A stretch of DNA of 64,000 nucleotides from Lama glama (taxonomy: Eukaryota). The notes under the pieces were generated by a model, which did not search any database, was not told the origin of the DNA, and saw only the letters and a program-made list of their open reading frames with translations. Within the stretch, counting starts at the first letter, position 1. Every line of letters begins with the position of its first letter. The position numbers were made by a program, and so were the translations under genes. Positions 1-14,086 of the stretch are shown here, piece by piece. The DNA lies in contig CM052816.1 of assembly GCA_028534125.1 (NCBI GenBank), forward strand, positions 248,001 through 312,000, written 5' to 3'.

Positions 1-1089
1 CTAGAAGCCGTTCCATCACTGTCACCCCATCCCATGGGCTAGCATACTCAGATGGTCCTGCATAGCTTTAGGGGGCCAGGAATGTAGGTTTATTCTGGAA
101 GGAAGTCCTCTTGCCCAGGGACAGCTCAGGGAGAAGAAAATCAAGGAGCAAATCAGGGAGCAGCCAGCCTCTACCACCAGGACAAACGTGTAGAGCAGTG
201 AGCGATGCTCCTGACACAGCATCTGAGTGAGGTCTCAACTTGTGTGTATCATCAGCTCCTTGTTTCCTTCCTATTGGAGGCCATGGGATACTTGTGTTAA
301 GAGGTCCTACGACCGACCATGTTTATCGTTTTCATGGGCTAGTCTATCTGGATATTTGCTCCCATCTGTAGATTTCTGAATGATTCGTGTTTGGTAATGT
401 GCTTTGAAGACAGTTATGTTAAAAAAAAAAGTAAATAAAACTTTAAGACTGAATAAGGGACAGTTACAAAACAAATAAACATGTCCATCAGTTAAATGCT
501 TTGGTTTTTGTAGTTAGTGGTAAGTAGGATTGATTACAGTTATGCTGTTTCCATGTTTGCCTTGTGGTTGGTGTGCTCATTCCATTAGACAATGGGCAGT
601 GGCTCTTGGGTGTTCATGTTAGTGTAGACCAAGAGCTGGATTCATAAATAAAACTCATTTTTTGTTGTCATTTTAAGGATTTCATCTTGAATCTTAAGCT
701 GGCAAAGAGTGATCTAAATTACATTTCACTGGTTGCTCTTCCTAAGAATCAGACCTAACAGGAAATGCCCCTTCCTTGAGCTCTGAAAGGAGGCCAGTTG
801 CAGAGCAGTGCTGTTGGGTTGAAGACCAGCCCTCCGGGATTAGCATAGAGGCCTCTGGGTTTCTGGCAGACAGCCTCCTTCAGGGCTGTGTGTATGGGAC
901 TGCTGCTTAAAGGCCGGGTCTGGTGCTTAATTGATTCCTGCAAAACATTCTGGAAGTTTTATTCTGAAACACAAAAAACAGTCTCACTGAAACTCACTTC
1001 TAGATGTAGACCAGAATTACACAGTTCTGGAATGTTTTTGCATGTTCTTTTGTTTATTTTTTTTCTTTGTATTAAAAGTTTAGAGTTGG

Positions 1090-1385
1090 GGTTGGTGAAA
1101 TGGGTGAAGGTGGCCAGTCATAAGTAAGTCCAGGAATGTAAAGTCCTGGTAGTTCACCATACTGTGTTGTATATTGGAAAGTTGCTAACAGTAATCCTTA
1201 AAAGTTCTCATCACAAGGAAAAGAGGTTTGTGACTCTGTGAGGTGATAGGTGTTAACTAGGTTTTTTTGTGGTGATCATTTCAGTATTTATATATACACA
1301 TATCAAATCATTATGTTGTACACTTGAAAATAATGCCATGTGTGTGTCTGTTACATCTGAATAAAACTGAAGAGAAAAAAAAGAA
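1090..1385 (+). mobile_element. Old L1 (L1M) 3'-end fragment
   Basis: Typical L1M 3' text (ttctcatcacaa..., tgttaactag..., ttgtacacttgaaa..., aataaaa) followed by an A-rich tail. Confidence 0.65.
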
Positions 1386-3779
1386 AGTTCAGTCAACTTA
1401 ATTACATCCATTGAGTGTCTTAGGCTGCATATTCTTTCTCCTGAGCATGTTGTTGATTCTTACCTTCATCACAGTTGTGTTAGGCCTGCGAGGTGTATCC
1501 GCCTATCACTAGTATTGATGTGTACAGTTTTCTCCTAACACTGAAGTTTATAAAATAGTGACAGTATGTAATGCTCAACTCAATTGCAGGAAAATGTCAG
1601 AGCTACAGAAATGAAGTGTTGGATTAATAGGCAGAGTAATGGCTTAAGACTTCATTTAGATGATGTGCTGGAGTCTCAAGTTAATGGACAAAAAAGTCTT
1701 GACTTTAAAAACGGCAAAAAGAGAAAAACAGTTCTGATGTCACCTAGCTGTTCATTTGAGTGGGGGATTTATCCTTGTGACCTTCATTTACTGAGGGACC
1801 GTAGCCTCCCATCATGTCTGAAGCACAGAGTGGAATCCAAGCCCTTGGTTGTTTCGCTTCCCTGGGGCACATTTTCCAAGCCTTGCTCTAGGTTGGTGGT
1901 TTCTTCTTCCTAGTGACTCCCAGCAGTTTGGGTCATCTTGATACCGTTGTTTAAAAGATTTTGTTAAATAAACCAGCTCTAACAGTTTCAGAAAACATGA
2001 CCAACTTTCCTTCCACATAGGCAAGCTGCACAGCTCTGAATGTAGGGGAGGGCTGTCCCTTGCTTATCCTGAAACTCTGAGGCTTGTTAGGAGATACAGC
2101 GGGCACAGGTAGAGGTCATGGATACATTTATTCCTCTTCAGTGGCTAAACCAGTTACTTTGGATTCATTTATTGGAGTGGAATGGGTGTAAACTCACAGC
2201 TCTGCACCGGCTTTGCCAGGGAAGCCTGTGGTTGGCCTAGGCCTAGGAGATCCTTGCATTCAAGAAAGTAACCAGCTAGTTGTGTCCCATTCTTTGCTGT
2301 AATGTCAAAATGCCACCCTATCATTGTTTTTGGTCCTAACCAGAAAAGGGAAAAAACTTGTTCTTAAGGGGCTGCCACTGCTTAGAGCTTTCTGTCTTCA
2401 GGGGGAGAGATGTGCTGCTGTTACAATTGCATCTTCTGGTGGGCAGGCGCAAAGGTGCACACTCAGGCGGGCACGAGGAAGGGCTCTTCTGAGAAAGTCA
2501 GGGTTTTCACTGCTCACAAATACCATCATTATGATGAACCTGAAAAACAGGTTTTGACCTGAGTGTGAGGGATCCTGGTGGAGGAAAGGGTGAAACAGGC
2601 CTAGGCTGGGTGTCCTGCAAGTTAGAACCTGTGCTGAGAGGCCCCAGAGCAACTCCAGTGGTCACTGTTGAACTTTTCCACAGAGACAGATACTGTGTTA
2701 GGTCAGAAGCTGCCAGGGTCCCTGAACCAGATGCAGGGTGGGTATAGATGCTTGTAGAGTGGGAGAGACCAAGTGCTATGTGTGGTAGCATCTTAAACCC
2801 TAGAAGTTGTGCTCATCCCCATCCAGGTTTGGCCACCAGATATGTGGCCCGCTTCCCCTTTGGGCATCCAGGACCTAGGTAAGTTGAAAAACCGTGTGTG
2901 GAGGGCCAGGACCACGTTGGTAATCAGGACTCAGCAGACTGCTGGGCCAATGCAGACACACTGGGCTCTGGGGGAACTGACAAGGGCATGACAGGAGGAG
3001 GAGGCTGGCAGACTGCTCAGGGTCACAGCTCTGCCCAATTGCATTCTGAGGCTGACATACAGATTGTGGGCCAGCTGCTGTGCCCAGTTTACCTAGACTG
3101 TTACATTAGTCCCATGTGGGGGTTGAGGAGAACGCAGATAACCTTTACATACCTTAGTGCCAAGGTTTTTGTGTCAGTTTGTATGAACAGTGTACTTTAA
3201 TGCCTAAAACAAGCATAAACAGCAGTCTTCATCCTGCCTCCCAGGGACAGCCCCTTTCATGCCTCTCTGTTCTAAATGAGCATGCTGATACTGTTTCACA
3301 GTGTGTCAGCTTTGGAGGATGAGGGTTGGCCTTGATACCCCAAGTTCTGGCCTCGGCTTCTTGATACACAGCAGCAACAGGCACAGTGTCATGATTGAAT
3401 AAATATTGCTCACTGCTGAGTCCAGTAGTGACTGGCTTATGTTTTTCCTCAGGAAGCCTTAAAATGACTTCTTTTCATTTTCATCCGTGTTTTTTTTTTT
3501 CTGCATACCTGTCATTAGCTTTTTCCATTTCCCCTGGAATTGCCAAACCCCATGTTTAAACCACATAGGTAACATGTTCCTCTTTTCCTACGGCCCTCCT
3601 CCTGCTCCACCTGTGCTGGCTGCTGTTCAGGCCTGCCTGCCTCTGTTTCTCCTTACGTCACCTTGGGGGGCTCCCCTGGCCAGTGGCAGCAGCCACAAGA
3701 AGGCGTGTGTGAGGCCTTGCACTTCTGACCTTCTCTTTGTTCTGCCCTTTCTCTGAATCCATACTTTGGCTGGTGCAGA

Positions 3780-5020
3780 ATAACAGGTTGAAAGCACTGT
3801 TTATGTCTCTCTTTTGGGGGAGCAGTTTTAGGTTAACCACCTAATTCAGGGAAAGGCACAGAGATTTCCTATACATACAGCGCCTTCCTCACTGTTCATA
3901 TCCCCCACTAGCGTGGAGCATTTGTCACAATTGATGAACCTACATTGACACACCATCATCTAGGGCCCATAGTTTACCTTGCGGTTCTTGGTGTTGTGCA
4001 TTTTGTAGGTTTGAACAAATGGATAATGACATGTATCTACCATTGCAGTGCCATGTAGAATAGTTTCACTGCCCTAAAAATCTATGCTCTACCTATTCAT
4101 CCTTCCCTTCCTCCTAACCCCTCACAGCCACTGAAAGGATTTTTTTTTACTGTCCCCACCGTTTTTTGCCTTTTCCAGAATGTCACATAATTGGAATCAT
4201 ACAGTATGTAGTATTCTCAGATTGGCTTCTTTCACTTCGTAATGCACATTTAGGTGCCTCTATGTCTTTTTATGGCCTGATAGCTCATTACTTTTTAGCA
4301 CTGAAGGATATTCTGTTGTTTTTAGATGTACCTCAGTTTGTTTATCCGTTCACCTGCTGAAGGACATTGTGGTTCCTTCCAAATTGTGGCAGTTATAAAT
4401 AAAACTTCTCTAAACATCAGTGTGCAGGTGTCTGTGTGCATGTTACTTTTCAGTTCCTTTGGGTAAAATACCAAGGAGCATGGTTACTGAAAACATACTG
4501 GTAAGAGTATGTTTTGTAAGAAACCTCCAAACTGCCTTCCAGATGGCCGCACCATTTTGCATTCCCACCAGCAGTGAAGGAGAGTTCCTATTGCACCACA
4601 TCCTGCCAGCAGGTGTTCTGGATTTTGGCCTTTGGTCATTCCTTCTAATAGGTGTGCTGTGGTAGCTGATTTAACTTGCATTTCCCTGCTGACATGATGG
4701 GCATCTTTTCATTGCTTATTTGTCTTCTGTAAATCTTATTTGGTGAGGTTTTCATTAAGGTCTTTGGCCCATTTCTTAATTTTTAAATTTAATTTAAATT
4801 TGTTTTCTTACTGTTGAGTTCTAAGTGGTCCTTGTATATCTTGGATGACAGTCCTTTATCAGATGTATCTCTTGCAGATATTTTCTCCCAATCTGGCTTT
4901 GTCTTTCACAAACGATAAACCAGAAGTTTATCGTTTTAATGAAGTGCAGCTTATCAATTCTTTCTTTCATGGGGCTGTGTCTTTTGGTGTTGTATCTGAA
5001 AAGTCATTGCCATACCCAAG
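3780..5020 (-). mobile_element. L1M LINE fragment, antisense, in ARF1 intron 1
   Basis: Antisense L1 3' hallmarks: cattttgcattcccaccagcagtg, ggcttctttcactt, ttgtatatcttggat...cctttatcagat. Confidence 0.75.
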
Positions 5021-7685
5021 GTAGCTGTTGGTCCTTTAAATTGCTCCCAGTTTTCCCTTTTTTTAATTATGTGCGTGTGTGTTTGTTTTTTCACTTTGGC
5101 TGTGAGGTCTGCCATGTCTGTGTCCTAATGTCCTGTTCTTTTTGTTTTGTGGACACCAGGTCTCCACCATGTTGATGCCAAAACCATGTGTGGGTTGGGA
5201 GTTTTGTTTGTTTTTTGTTTTTTTTCTTTTTAAATAGTCTCTCTTCTGTTTTGCTTCCCTCCAAATGACTTGTTTGTTTCATTCGCTCCCATTGGGGGCT
5301 TTTTAAAAGGAGTTGGGGGCCTCCAGATTCAAGAATCTATGGTTTGTTGTTGGTGGGCTTTTTTGTTTGTTGTTTTTTTTTAATTAAAGAATCCATAGGT
5401 CCTTGCTTTGAGGCCTCCGAGTCTCATGCGTGCCTCCCTGTTGACTTTGCTCTATCCCTCTGTTTCCAGTACAGTGCAAGCCCATGCCCTCCTCTGCCTG
5501 GATTGCAGTGAGAGCCCTTGGTTCTGTTGCTCCAGAAAGGCCCCTTGACTCCTGCAGGGCTGAGCGTGAGCACTTGGTCATGGTCAGACCCCACCAAAAT
5601 TATCTTCTCCCACCCCCACCCCCCCAGCTTTTCTCTTTGTCCTTTTGAGTCAGTCATCACTTTTATTTATTTATTGTTAGTGATTTTAGGAGTAAACTGA
5701 GATGAGTATATGTGTTCATTTCATTCTGTCTTCCATAATTTAGCCTTTATATTTGGGAAAATTGGCTGTTTGCAGAAAAGGAAATGTCATAATAAAGATC
5801 TTTTTAAGTTTTAATTTTACAAATAGTATTCAAAACCAAAAATAATTTCAAAGTGTCAAAAGTGCACTGAAGCCTGTGGAAAGGGGCCCACTGGGCACAC
5901 CTAGGACTATTTGAGCATCTAATTCACAATAGGGTGGCTGGTTCTGACCCACTGAGTAACCTGGGAATACATGAGTTTACACCCTATCAGTACACGGAGA
6001 ACGGAATGGTGGTTCCTTGCAGTAGAATGGTAACTAAGCACTGGAAGGAATGACTAAGTAGAAAATCACCATTTGACAGTCCTTATGGCAGTAATTCCGC
6101 CGGGAGATGTTGGAGTGCTGAAGCCAGAGGGTAGAGGTTGGATGCGCGTAGTCACCCAGTGCTCTCTGATGACTAAGGCAGAAAGTAACGTACAGTGGAG
6201 ACCTGTCGACTTCACCTGAGCCTGTCATCAGAGGTGATGTGGTGTGGTGGGGATCTGGGGCACACCCCCCATGCGGGGTGCAGTGGGGCCTGCCTGTGGT
6301 GGGTGCATATCTGTGTCCTCCATGGAACTGGCCCCTGACCCCAGCAGTGTCCGTCCAAAGTCTAAAGACTGGGGAGCTCATGGTGTGCAGGGCAAGGCCC
6401 CTTCCACCAGCACCCTCCCAGTGGTCAGGTATGAGCAGCTCCCCGCCTGCTTAGAACAAGCTGTTTTTGGTTCAGTTGGTTTTCTGTCAACAAAGTTTTT
6501 TCCAGTTGAAGGTTGCCCAGCCCTCCACAGCTTGGCTTCACCTCAAGGTGCTAAAAGTCCAGGTTCCTAAGCAATCAGCATTTGAGAAAGTGACTGTTTG
6601 TCCCTAAGGCCTTTTTGGAAATAAAAAAAAAATTGAAGAATCAAAGTACTAAGCATGGAGAAGCCAGGCCTGAGCAGTTCTGGTCATTTGGGGGCATTTA
6701 GAATAGGAGATCCTCTCTTCCATGAGCCCCACTCCCCCACAGCTATAGTCAGTTGTCCCTTCCTGCAAATCTGGGTGTCTGGGGCCAGGCTCTAAACTTA
6801 GTCCCAGCCAGCTCCATGGTGTCCCAGTGTTACTGCTCTCCTGAGGGAGGGGAGCCTGGGGGGAGCTCAGGCAAAGCATGCACATTCTCATGCAATTATG
6901 TTGCTGCACCACGTGGACTTCCTCCTCTCTGGCACAGTGTTGACCACAGCTCACAGGGAAGTACCCCCCTGACAGGCTCCCCAGGGCCACTGCTGTGGCC
7001 TCATTCTTGGACTGAATGCTGTGGTGTGCTGGCCTAGAGCCCAGGTTTTCCCATTCCCCAAGTCCTGCCTGCAAGGAGCTAAGCGCTCAGCATGTTAGTA
7101 AAGGTTGGCTTTTGGTTTCTGCCATGGGCTCTCCCAGCTGCTCATGCACTGGTTGTCTTAACATTAGACTGTTTCACTGAAACGTGGGGCAGTTGGGAGA
7201 CATGGTGGAGTCTTGGAGTGGTTATTTCTGGTCCCATGAAAAGTTCTACTTTAGATTGTGGAGGATCTAGCATTCATTTGAAAGCCACACCTCCTCACAC
7301 GTGTTGGACATTGTGCCCCACAGTGGCAGGTTGAAGGACTTAGAGGTAAGTCGCCCTGTGGCCTTGGGTGTCACTTTCTGAGACAGCGTCAGTGGCTGGT
7401 TCAAATTCCGATTAGCCCTGTTCCTAAGAGTCCCGTATTCTTCCTTTTAAGGGTGATCTGAGGGCTCAAGAGACAGGTGGGGAGGATTCTTTTTCTTTTG
7501 CTTGGGAGCAGGAATTTTGTCAGCTTATGCCTTGTGAAGTTTTCAGGAGAGAGCAGGATGTGTGTCTGTCTGTGGGTGGTCTCCGAGTTGCTCCTGTTCT
7601 GCTGGCCCTGGGCAACACAGAGAGACCTGGGACTCCTTGTCTCTGCAGGTTTCTCTGGCCATTGTTGCTCCCACCAGTCTACAGC

Positions 7686-8572
<887 letters not shown>

Positions 8573-9681
8573 GCTGTGCTCCTCTCTCCTCCCCTCTCAC
8601 TCCCTCCTTCTACCCTCGCTTTACTCTCATGTGGCAAACGTGCCCCTGTGGTGTGAGTGCCAGAAGCTGTCTCCATGGTTGGTCACAGTGTGCTTCACCA
8701 TGCTGTAAATGTGCAGACGCAGCCTGCAACTGGGTTTTTATTTAATGTAAATAGTTTTTGTTTCCAATGAGGCAGTTTCTGGTACTCCTATGCAATATTA
8801 CTCAGCTTTTTTTATTGTAAAGAAAATCAACCCACTGTTTAGTACTGAGAAGGGATTTTAGGCACACGGGTCATCCAGGAGTCGCTGTTTCAGACGAGCC
8901 CGATGCTCCTCCTCTGGGCTTTAGATCTGTGTTGAGATCCATTTTGGTGGTTGGTTTTTAACCCAAACTCAGTGCATTTTTTAAAATAGTTACAAATACA
9001 AGATAAGGAGAACACTTGAACACACAGAAGGGAGAAATGTGCCTAGTGTAGGTTCTGCAGTAATGGCCTGAGCCCAGTCCACCAGTGGTCTTTTTCCCCT
9101 TGGGAACATGAAACGGGGCAGAACCAGCCATGATCCATTCTGCATGGTCACAATAGGGTCCCTGTGATTCGCTCTGTCTCGGGTCACCCCACACCCCATA
9201 GCGTTTGTGCTTGTGTTTGTGCTTACACAGCGGCCCAGGAGATGGGCTGGAGGCTGCAGCCCCCGCTCTCAGACCCCCTGGAGAGACCCCGGCCTTCTCT
9301 TGGGTCAGCACGGGCACTTGGGTCAGAACGCTCTCGCTGGCCTGCCCTGGGCCCTCTGGGGTCTCACCAGCAGGAGCGTGGGCAGTCACCCTAGAGCCCC
9401 AGCCCCTCAGAGCCCCTGTCTACATGTGCTTTCACCCCCTCAGCCTGCAAGGGTCGGATTTGCCATTGAAAATGAGAACCTCTACTTTTTTCTTTTGTAT
9501 TTTGATAAACACTGAAGAAGCTGGAGCTGTTAAACTTTATCTTGGGGAAAACCTCAGAACTGGTTTATTTGGTGTCGTGGAACCTCTTACTGCTTTCAAT
9601 ACACGATTAGTAATCAACTGTTTTGTATACTTGTTTTCAGTTTTCATTTCGACAAACAAGCACTGTAATTACAGCTATTAG

Positions 9682-9687
9682 AATAAA
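9682..9687 (+). terminator. ARF1: ARF1 polyadenylation signal AATAAA (3' UTR ~8573-9705)
   Basis: AATAAA at the end of an AU-rich 3' UTR segment. Confidence 0.8.
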
Positions 9688-10954
9688 ATCTCTTAACTAT
9701 TTCATGGCTCTCCCATGTTTGGGTGCCCCTGACTGACAGCCTGCCTCCTGGGAGGTGGGCAGGGACAGCCACTTACTTGACTTAGGGCAGCCGACCCCTG
9801 ACCTGATGCCTCATTCCCTCCCTCTGCCCACTCCTTCCCTGGGCCAGCAGCATCAGATCTTCATTCTTCCCATGGGAAGGAGTGGGTATGTGCTAGCACC
9901 CTTGCGGTGACCCCCTTCCTCACTGGTCTCCTTGTTGGCAGTTCAGCCCCCTGGGCCCAGTCTTGGGAATGCCAGGTCGTGAGAGGTTCAGCAGGGTTAC
10001 CACATGGGGTATGCCCGAGAGGCCAGGGCCAGGGGTGGTGTGTGGAGGAGGGCCCCCCGCCCCTTCCTAATATCCACCCTTTGTGATACCCCTTGGCCAA
10101 GCTCCACGTCACTGCCAGTGATCAACCTCGCTGGGTGCTTTATTGTCCCTGTGCTGTGGACCCCCTCCCACTTTGGGGGGAGGTTGTCCCTCTGACCTGG
10201 AGCCCTTCTTGGCACCCCTACTGGGTGGCGACTGGCAGGCCAAGGTCTAGGTGTCCTGCCCCTAGGAGGTAGACTGCTCCACCCTAGATAACAATCTCCT
10301 CTAACAGGTTGAAAACCAGTGCCGGTGCTCTGAAGACAGAATTGCCTTCAGTTCTCAATTCTTTTAGTATCAGAGGCAAAACAAGAAAACTCATAATAGT
10401 GAATCCAGCCTGGGTTTTGTCTTTATTCCAGTGTGGTTGTAAAATGGTTAAGTTTTCATTTTTTTCTGTGGATGGTTGTATCTTTGCCTTCCAGCCTTGG
10501 AGATAGGCCAAGTGGAAGGAGCCAGTGCCTTTACAGCATGCAAAAGGGGTAGGTATGGGACAGCGGTTAGATCACTTGGTGGCCTGGGGAGAGATGGGTG
10601 GCTCCAGCCATAAGTTTAAGTCCACCTCCCAATGATCTAAGTGCCCAGGCCAGTGCAGGCCACCCCTCTTAGTATACTCATCCACTTGAAGCTGAGCACC
10701 TTTTGGTCCCACTGCCCTCCCTGCAGGCCACACATGACCTAGGGTTCTTGGTACACCTGAAGTTGATGCAGGGGCCAGGGCCACATGGGACCCTAGGATG
10801 CTGACCACCAAAAGGACAGTGCCCCCTCCCAGTGGAGTTGCAGGTAATCTTGCTGGGACCCAAGAGATTCACCACATTTTCATACATCACTTTCTACTGT
10901 GACATGTGACAGCAACTTTCCCTTTAGTATGAGATGCTTTCCACTTAAAATAAG

Positions 10955-10960
10955 TTTATT
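10955..10960 (-). terminator. C1orf35: C1orf35 polyadenylation signal (AATAAA on minus strand)
   Basis: TTTATT on + about 120 nt past the stop; further copies at 10422-10427 and 10139-10144. Confidence 0.7.
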
Positions 10961-11078
10961 TAAGTACAAAGAGTGAGTCAATACAAAGAAAAGAGGAAGT
11001 AGCCGTACTTGGCCACAGCTAACCCCCTCTGGGGGCCTGGGATGACCCCCACAGGCCAGCCCTCCAGATCCCTTGGCT

Positions 11079-13121
11079 TCAGTCGCTGTCGTGCCGGCGC
11101 TTCCTCTTGCAGCAAGGCGAGGAGTCAGAGTCATGCCTAGGGAGACCAGGGGACACCTGCTTTGAGATCCTCTGCCTGCCTCGCACTCCTCCCTCCACCC
11201 CTAGGCAGCTGCACCTACTGAGTGGAAGCAGAAGGCAGTGAGGAATCTGGTCCCCTCCCATGCTCCTTTTCTTTCTTCTTCTTCTCTTTCTTGTGCCTCT
11301 TCTTCTTTTTCTTCTCTTTCCTGCTCTTCTTGTGGCTTTCAGGGCTGCAAGGGGGATGGATACACAGTGACGATAGCCACTGGGGCTTTGAGAGCCTAGC
11401 ACAGGTGGGGCCACAGCAGTAGCTACTGACCACATGTAGCCATTTCAACTTCAAGTCACTAAGGGAAACTACTCAGTACCATGTGTGGCCAGTGGCTACC
11501 ATGGTGGGCAGCACAGACACACCCAACTGTAGCAGAAAGGTCTACAGGGCAATACCTGACAATCTCATGGCCCCTTCCAGGCCTCCCACTGGGATGCCCC
11601 TGGCACCTATGGGGCAAAGTGGTGGTCCCCTCATGTGACCCCTAGACACCCCCGTGCAAGTGGCCCATATCCGAACATCCTCCAGGGCCCCTGACCCAGC
11701 TGAGGGTCAGCGGGCACTTGTAGGACCGCCCCAGGGCTCACGACCATGAGAAGCTCCCCAGAAGAAAAAGGGAGCTGAAGCTGGGAACCTCACTGACTGA
11801 GGGAAGTAGCCAACATGCAGAGAGAACTGAGTTCTGTGCTCCCAGGGTGGAGTGAGGGGCCCTTAGCCAGCCCTTACCTGGGCTCCACCTCCTCTGAACG
11901 AGGCTTCCTCTTGGCAGAAGCTAGGGAAGCCGCCCCTGGCCGACTGCTCTCCACGCGGTGGTGCTGGAGAGAGAGGCCACTCTGGGGGCGTGCGGGATAC
12001 CCCGGCATGCCCATGCCAACAGGGAAGAACCAGTCAGAAAGCTGGGAAGGTTCCCCCAACGGGAGACGGCCTGCCCCGTGGCCCTCAACAGGAAGAGGCA
12101 CTCAGACTGCCTCCACCCCCACCATGGGATCCCAGAATGGGGGGATTACCGTGAACACCGAAAGCCCCAGTTTAGCGGCCTCTTTGTCTTCCCGGGACAG
12201 CGCCACTCGCCCTGCAGAGCCACTGCGGGGATGCGGGTGAAACCACCCTACAGTGAGAGCCCACCCCCGTGGCGAGGCCTGCACCCCCCCACCCCAAATC
12301 CCCGCAACTCTCGCCTCCCTAGAGGTGGTGCGCCCGGTTGAAAATTCGTGCCGGTTACCACCTGGGCGGCTGACGGTGCGAAGACCCAAGGAACTGCACC
12401 CTCGCGATTTCTGAAGCCCCGGAAGACCGGCCCCGGCCCCGCACCTGGAGCTCCCCAGGCCCAGGAGCCGGTCTACTCCCTTCTCAGGGTCACCGCCTTC
12501 CCGCTTACAGACCTCGACAAAGTCCTGTGGGGGGTGAGGAGGGAGTGCAAGCGCTCGCCGCAGCGCGAGGTCAGCCCCCGCCCCAACCCGCTCCCGCCCT
12601 CCAGGTGGATCCATCTCACCTCCTTGCTCAGGCCTGTGGGCTGCTTCCTTACGTTCTTGTAGCCTCTGCGGGGGCCGCGCGCGAGCTTCAGGGAGCGGCG
12701 GGCCTCGCCTCGGCCCCCGCCCCCACCACCCCCGGTCCCCGACCTCCCCGGCGCGCCCCCATCCCCCAAACCCCGAGGCGCACTCACAGCGCTGCCATGA
12801 GCGCCTCCTGCTCCGCCTGCCTCACTGCCGCCAGCTCCTGCTCCCGGCTCAGCCCCGCTCCGTGCGCCCGGCCCTTGGCATACCAGGTGAGGTCACGGCC
12901 TTTCTGCCAGCGGCCCACCGGGGCCATGAGCGAGTTTCCTGCGGGGAACGGAGCGCTGAGTTCTCGGCACGGCCCAAGGGCTGGCGCACCGTAGCCCGCG
13001 AGCCCCCAGTCCCCGTGCCCCGCTCACCCAGGTAGTTCTCCCTCTGTTTGTCAGTCTTCACATCCTCCCAGCTGAACTGGTCCTGCCCGCCGCGCACGCC
13101 GCCCCGGCTGGAGCCGAACAT
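11079..13121 (-). CDS. C1orf35: Multiple myeloma tumor-associated protein 2 homolog, ~237 aa; complement(join(11079..11136,11219..11344,11878..11963,12150..12222,12445..12524,12620..12665,12788..12938,13028..13121))
   Basis: [53 protein letters not shown]..., a Lys-rich tract, then [18 protein letters not shown]. Exons 94+151+46+80+73+86+126+58=714 nt with GT-AG sites. The exon 7 donor is ambiguous (see findings). Confidence 0.93.
11400..11555. mobile_element. MER3/MER33-like hAT-Charlie DNA transposon relic
   Basis: gtagctactgaccacatgtagc ... catgtgtggccagtggctaccatg, an inverted-repeat pattern. Confidence 0.5.
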
Positions 13122-13129
13122 GGTACCGG

Positions 13130-13330
13130 GCTGCCCTCTATCCCCGGGATTCCCAGTACCCAGGCCCCACCGGTCCCCGCTCCTACTCCCGCGTCGCGAG
13201 CAGTGACGTCACGCCCGCGCCACCCCCCCCCCTCCCGCGCGCCTGCGCACTGTTCCTCGCGCGCTTGCGCCCTACCCGGTTCCGTCCTTCAGCGCCTGCA
13301 CACTAGCCGGGTACACGCAGTGGCACAGAC
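13130..13330 (-). promoter_or_regulatory. C1orf35 CpG-island promoter with palindromic CRE and NRF1-like sites
   Basis: GTGACGTCAC at 13203-13212; GCGCCTGCGCA and GCGCTTGCGC at ~13239-13270; CpG-dense from ~12200 to 13330. Confidence 0.75.
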
Positions 13331-14072
13331 AAGGGTTAGGCGGCTGGACTCAAGCGCCCCATTAGCACGACAGCCGTTATTGTAAGTCACATTGTGTGGG
13401 TGATGCCCCAAAGTCACCTTTCCCAGTGTGTGCCGCGTTCCTGGGGCTGTGCTGGAAGAGGGGAGGGCACTGGGGAAACGGTGTCTGCAAACCTGGCCTA
13501 AGGATTCCGACTATAGCTGCTCCAGGTTTCTTTCTATCCGGTAGCGGACTGCCCTGGAGAGAGCATTCAAGGTCAAGACGCGTTTGTACCGTTCAGCTGC
13601 CACCCTAGGGGATACCGGCTGTGTCCAGTTCCTAAAGGAGCACGCAAGCACACCTCATCGCACATGTTCCCCAGGCAGAGCAGAGAACGCCTCGGTCATC
13701 TCGGGTTGGCAGAGCTCCTCTGCTGCTGTCAGCTGATGGTTCAGTATACAAAGTAAAGTGAGCTGCTTACTGGGCAAGTGTGTTCCGTTTATCACTACGG
13801 CGGACGACTAGACTCGGTGGCAACACTTCTCGTGAGCAGGGTGCAGCCATTGGCCAACCCCCGCTGAATTGAAACCTTAGGGTGAACAAGTGTTTTCTGA
13901 GGGATTTACAAAAGGTGTCATGTATGTCATTTGTATGCCCTTTGTACCGGACACTGCCCTCCTGTAGGTTGCTCAGTGAGTTCACCTGATGGACTGCCAA
14001 GGAGGGAAATGAACAGAGGCCCTTCACCTGGCTCGCTTCTGAACCGGCTTTCTGGGGCACTCTCACTTGCCA

Positions 14073-14086
14073 CCGCTAGGGGGCGC
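14073..14086 (+). promoter_or_regulatory. Candidate CTCF site
   Basis: CCGCTAGGGGGCGC fits the CTCF core CCRSYAGRKGGCRC; it lies between the MRPL55 3' end and the C1orf35 promoter. Confidence 0.6.
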
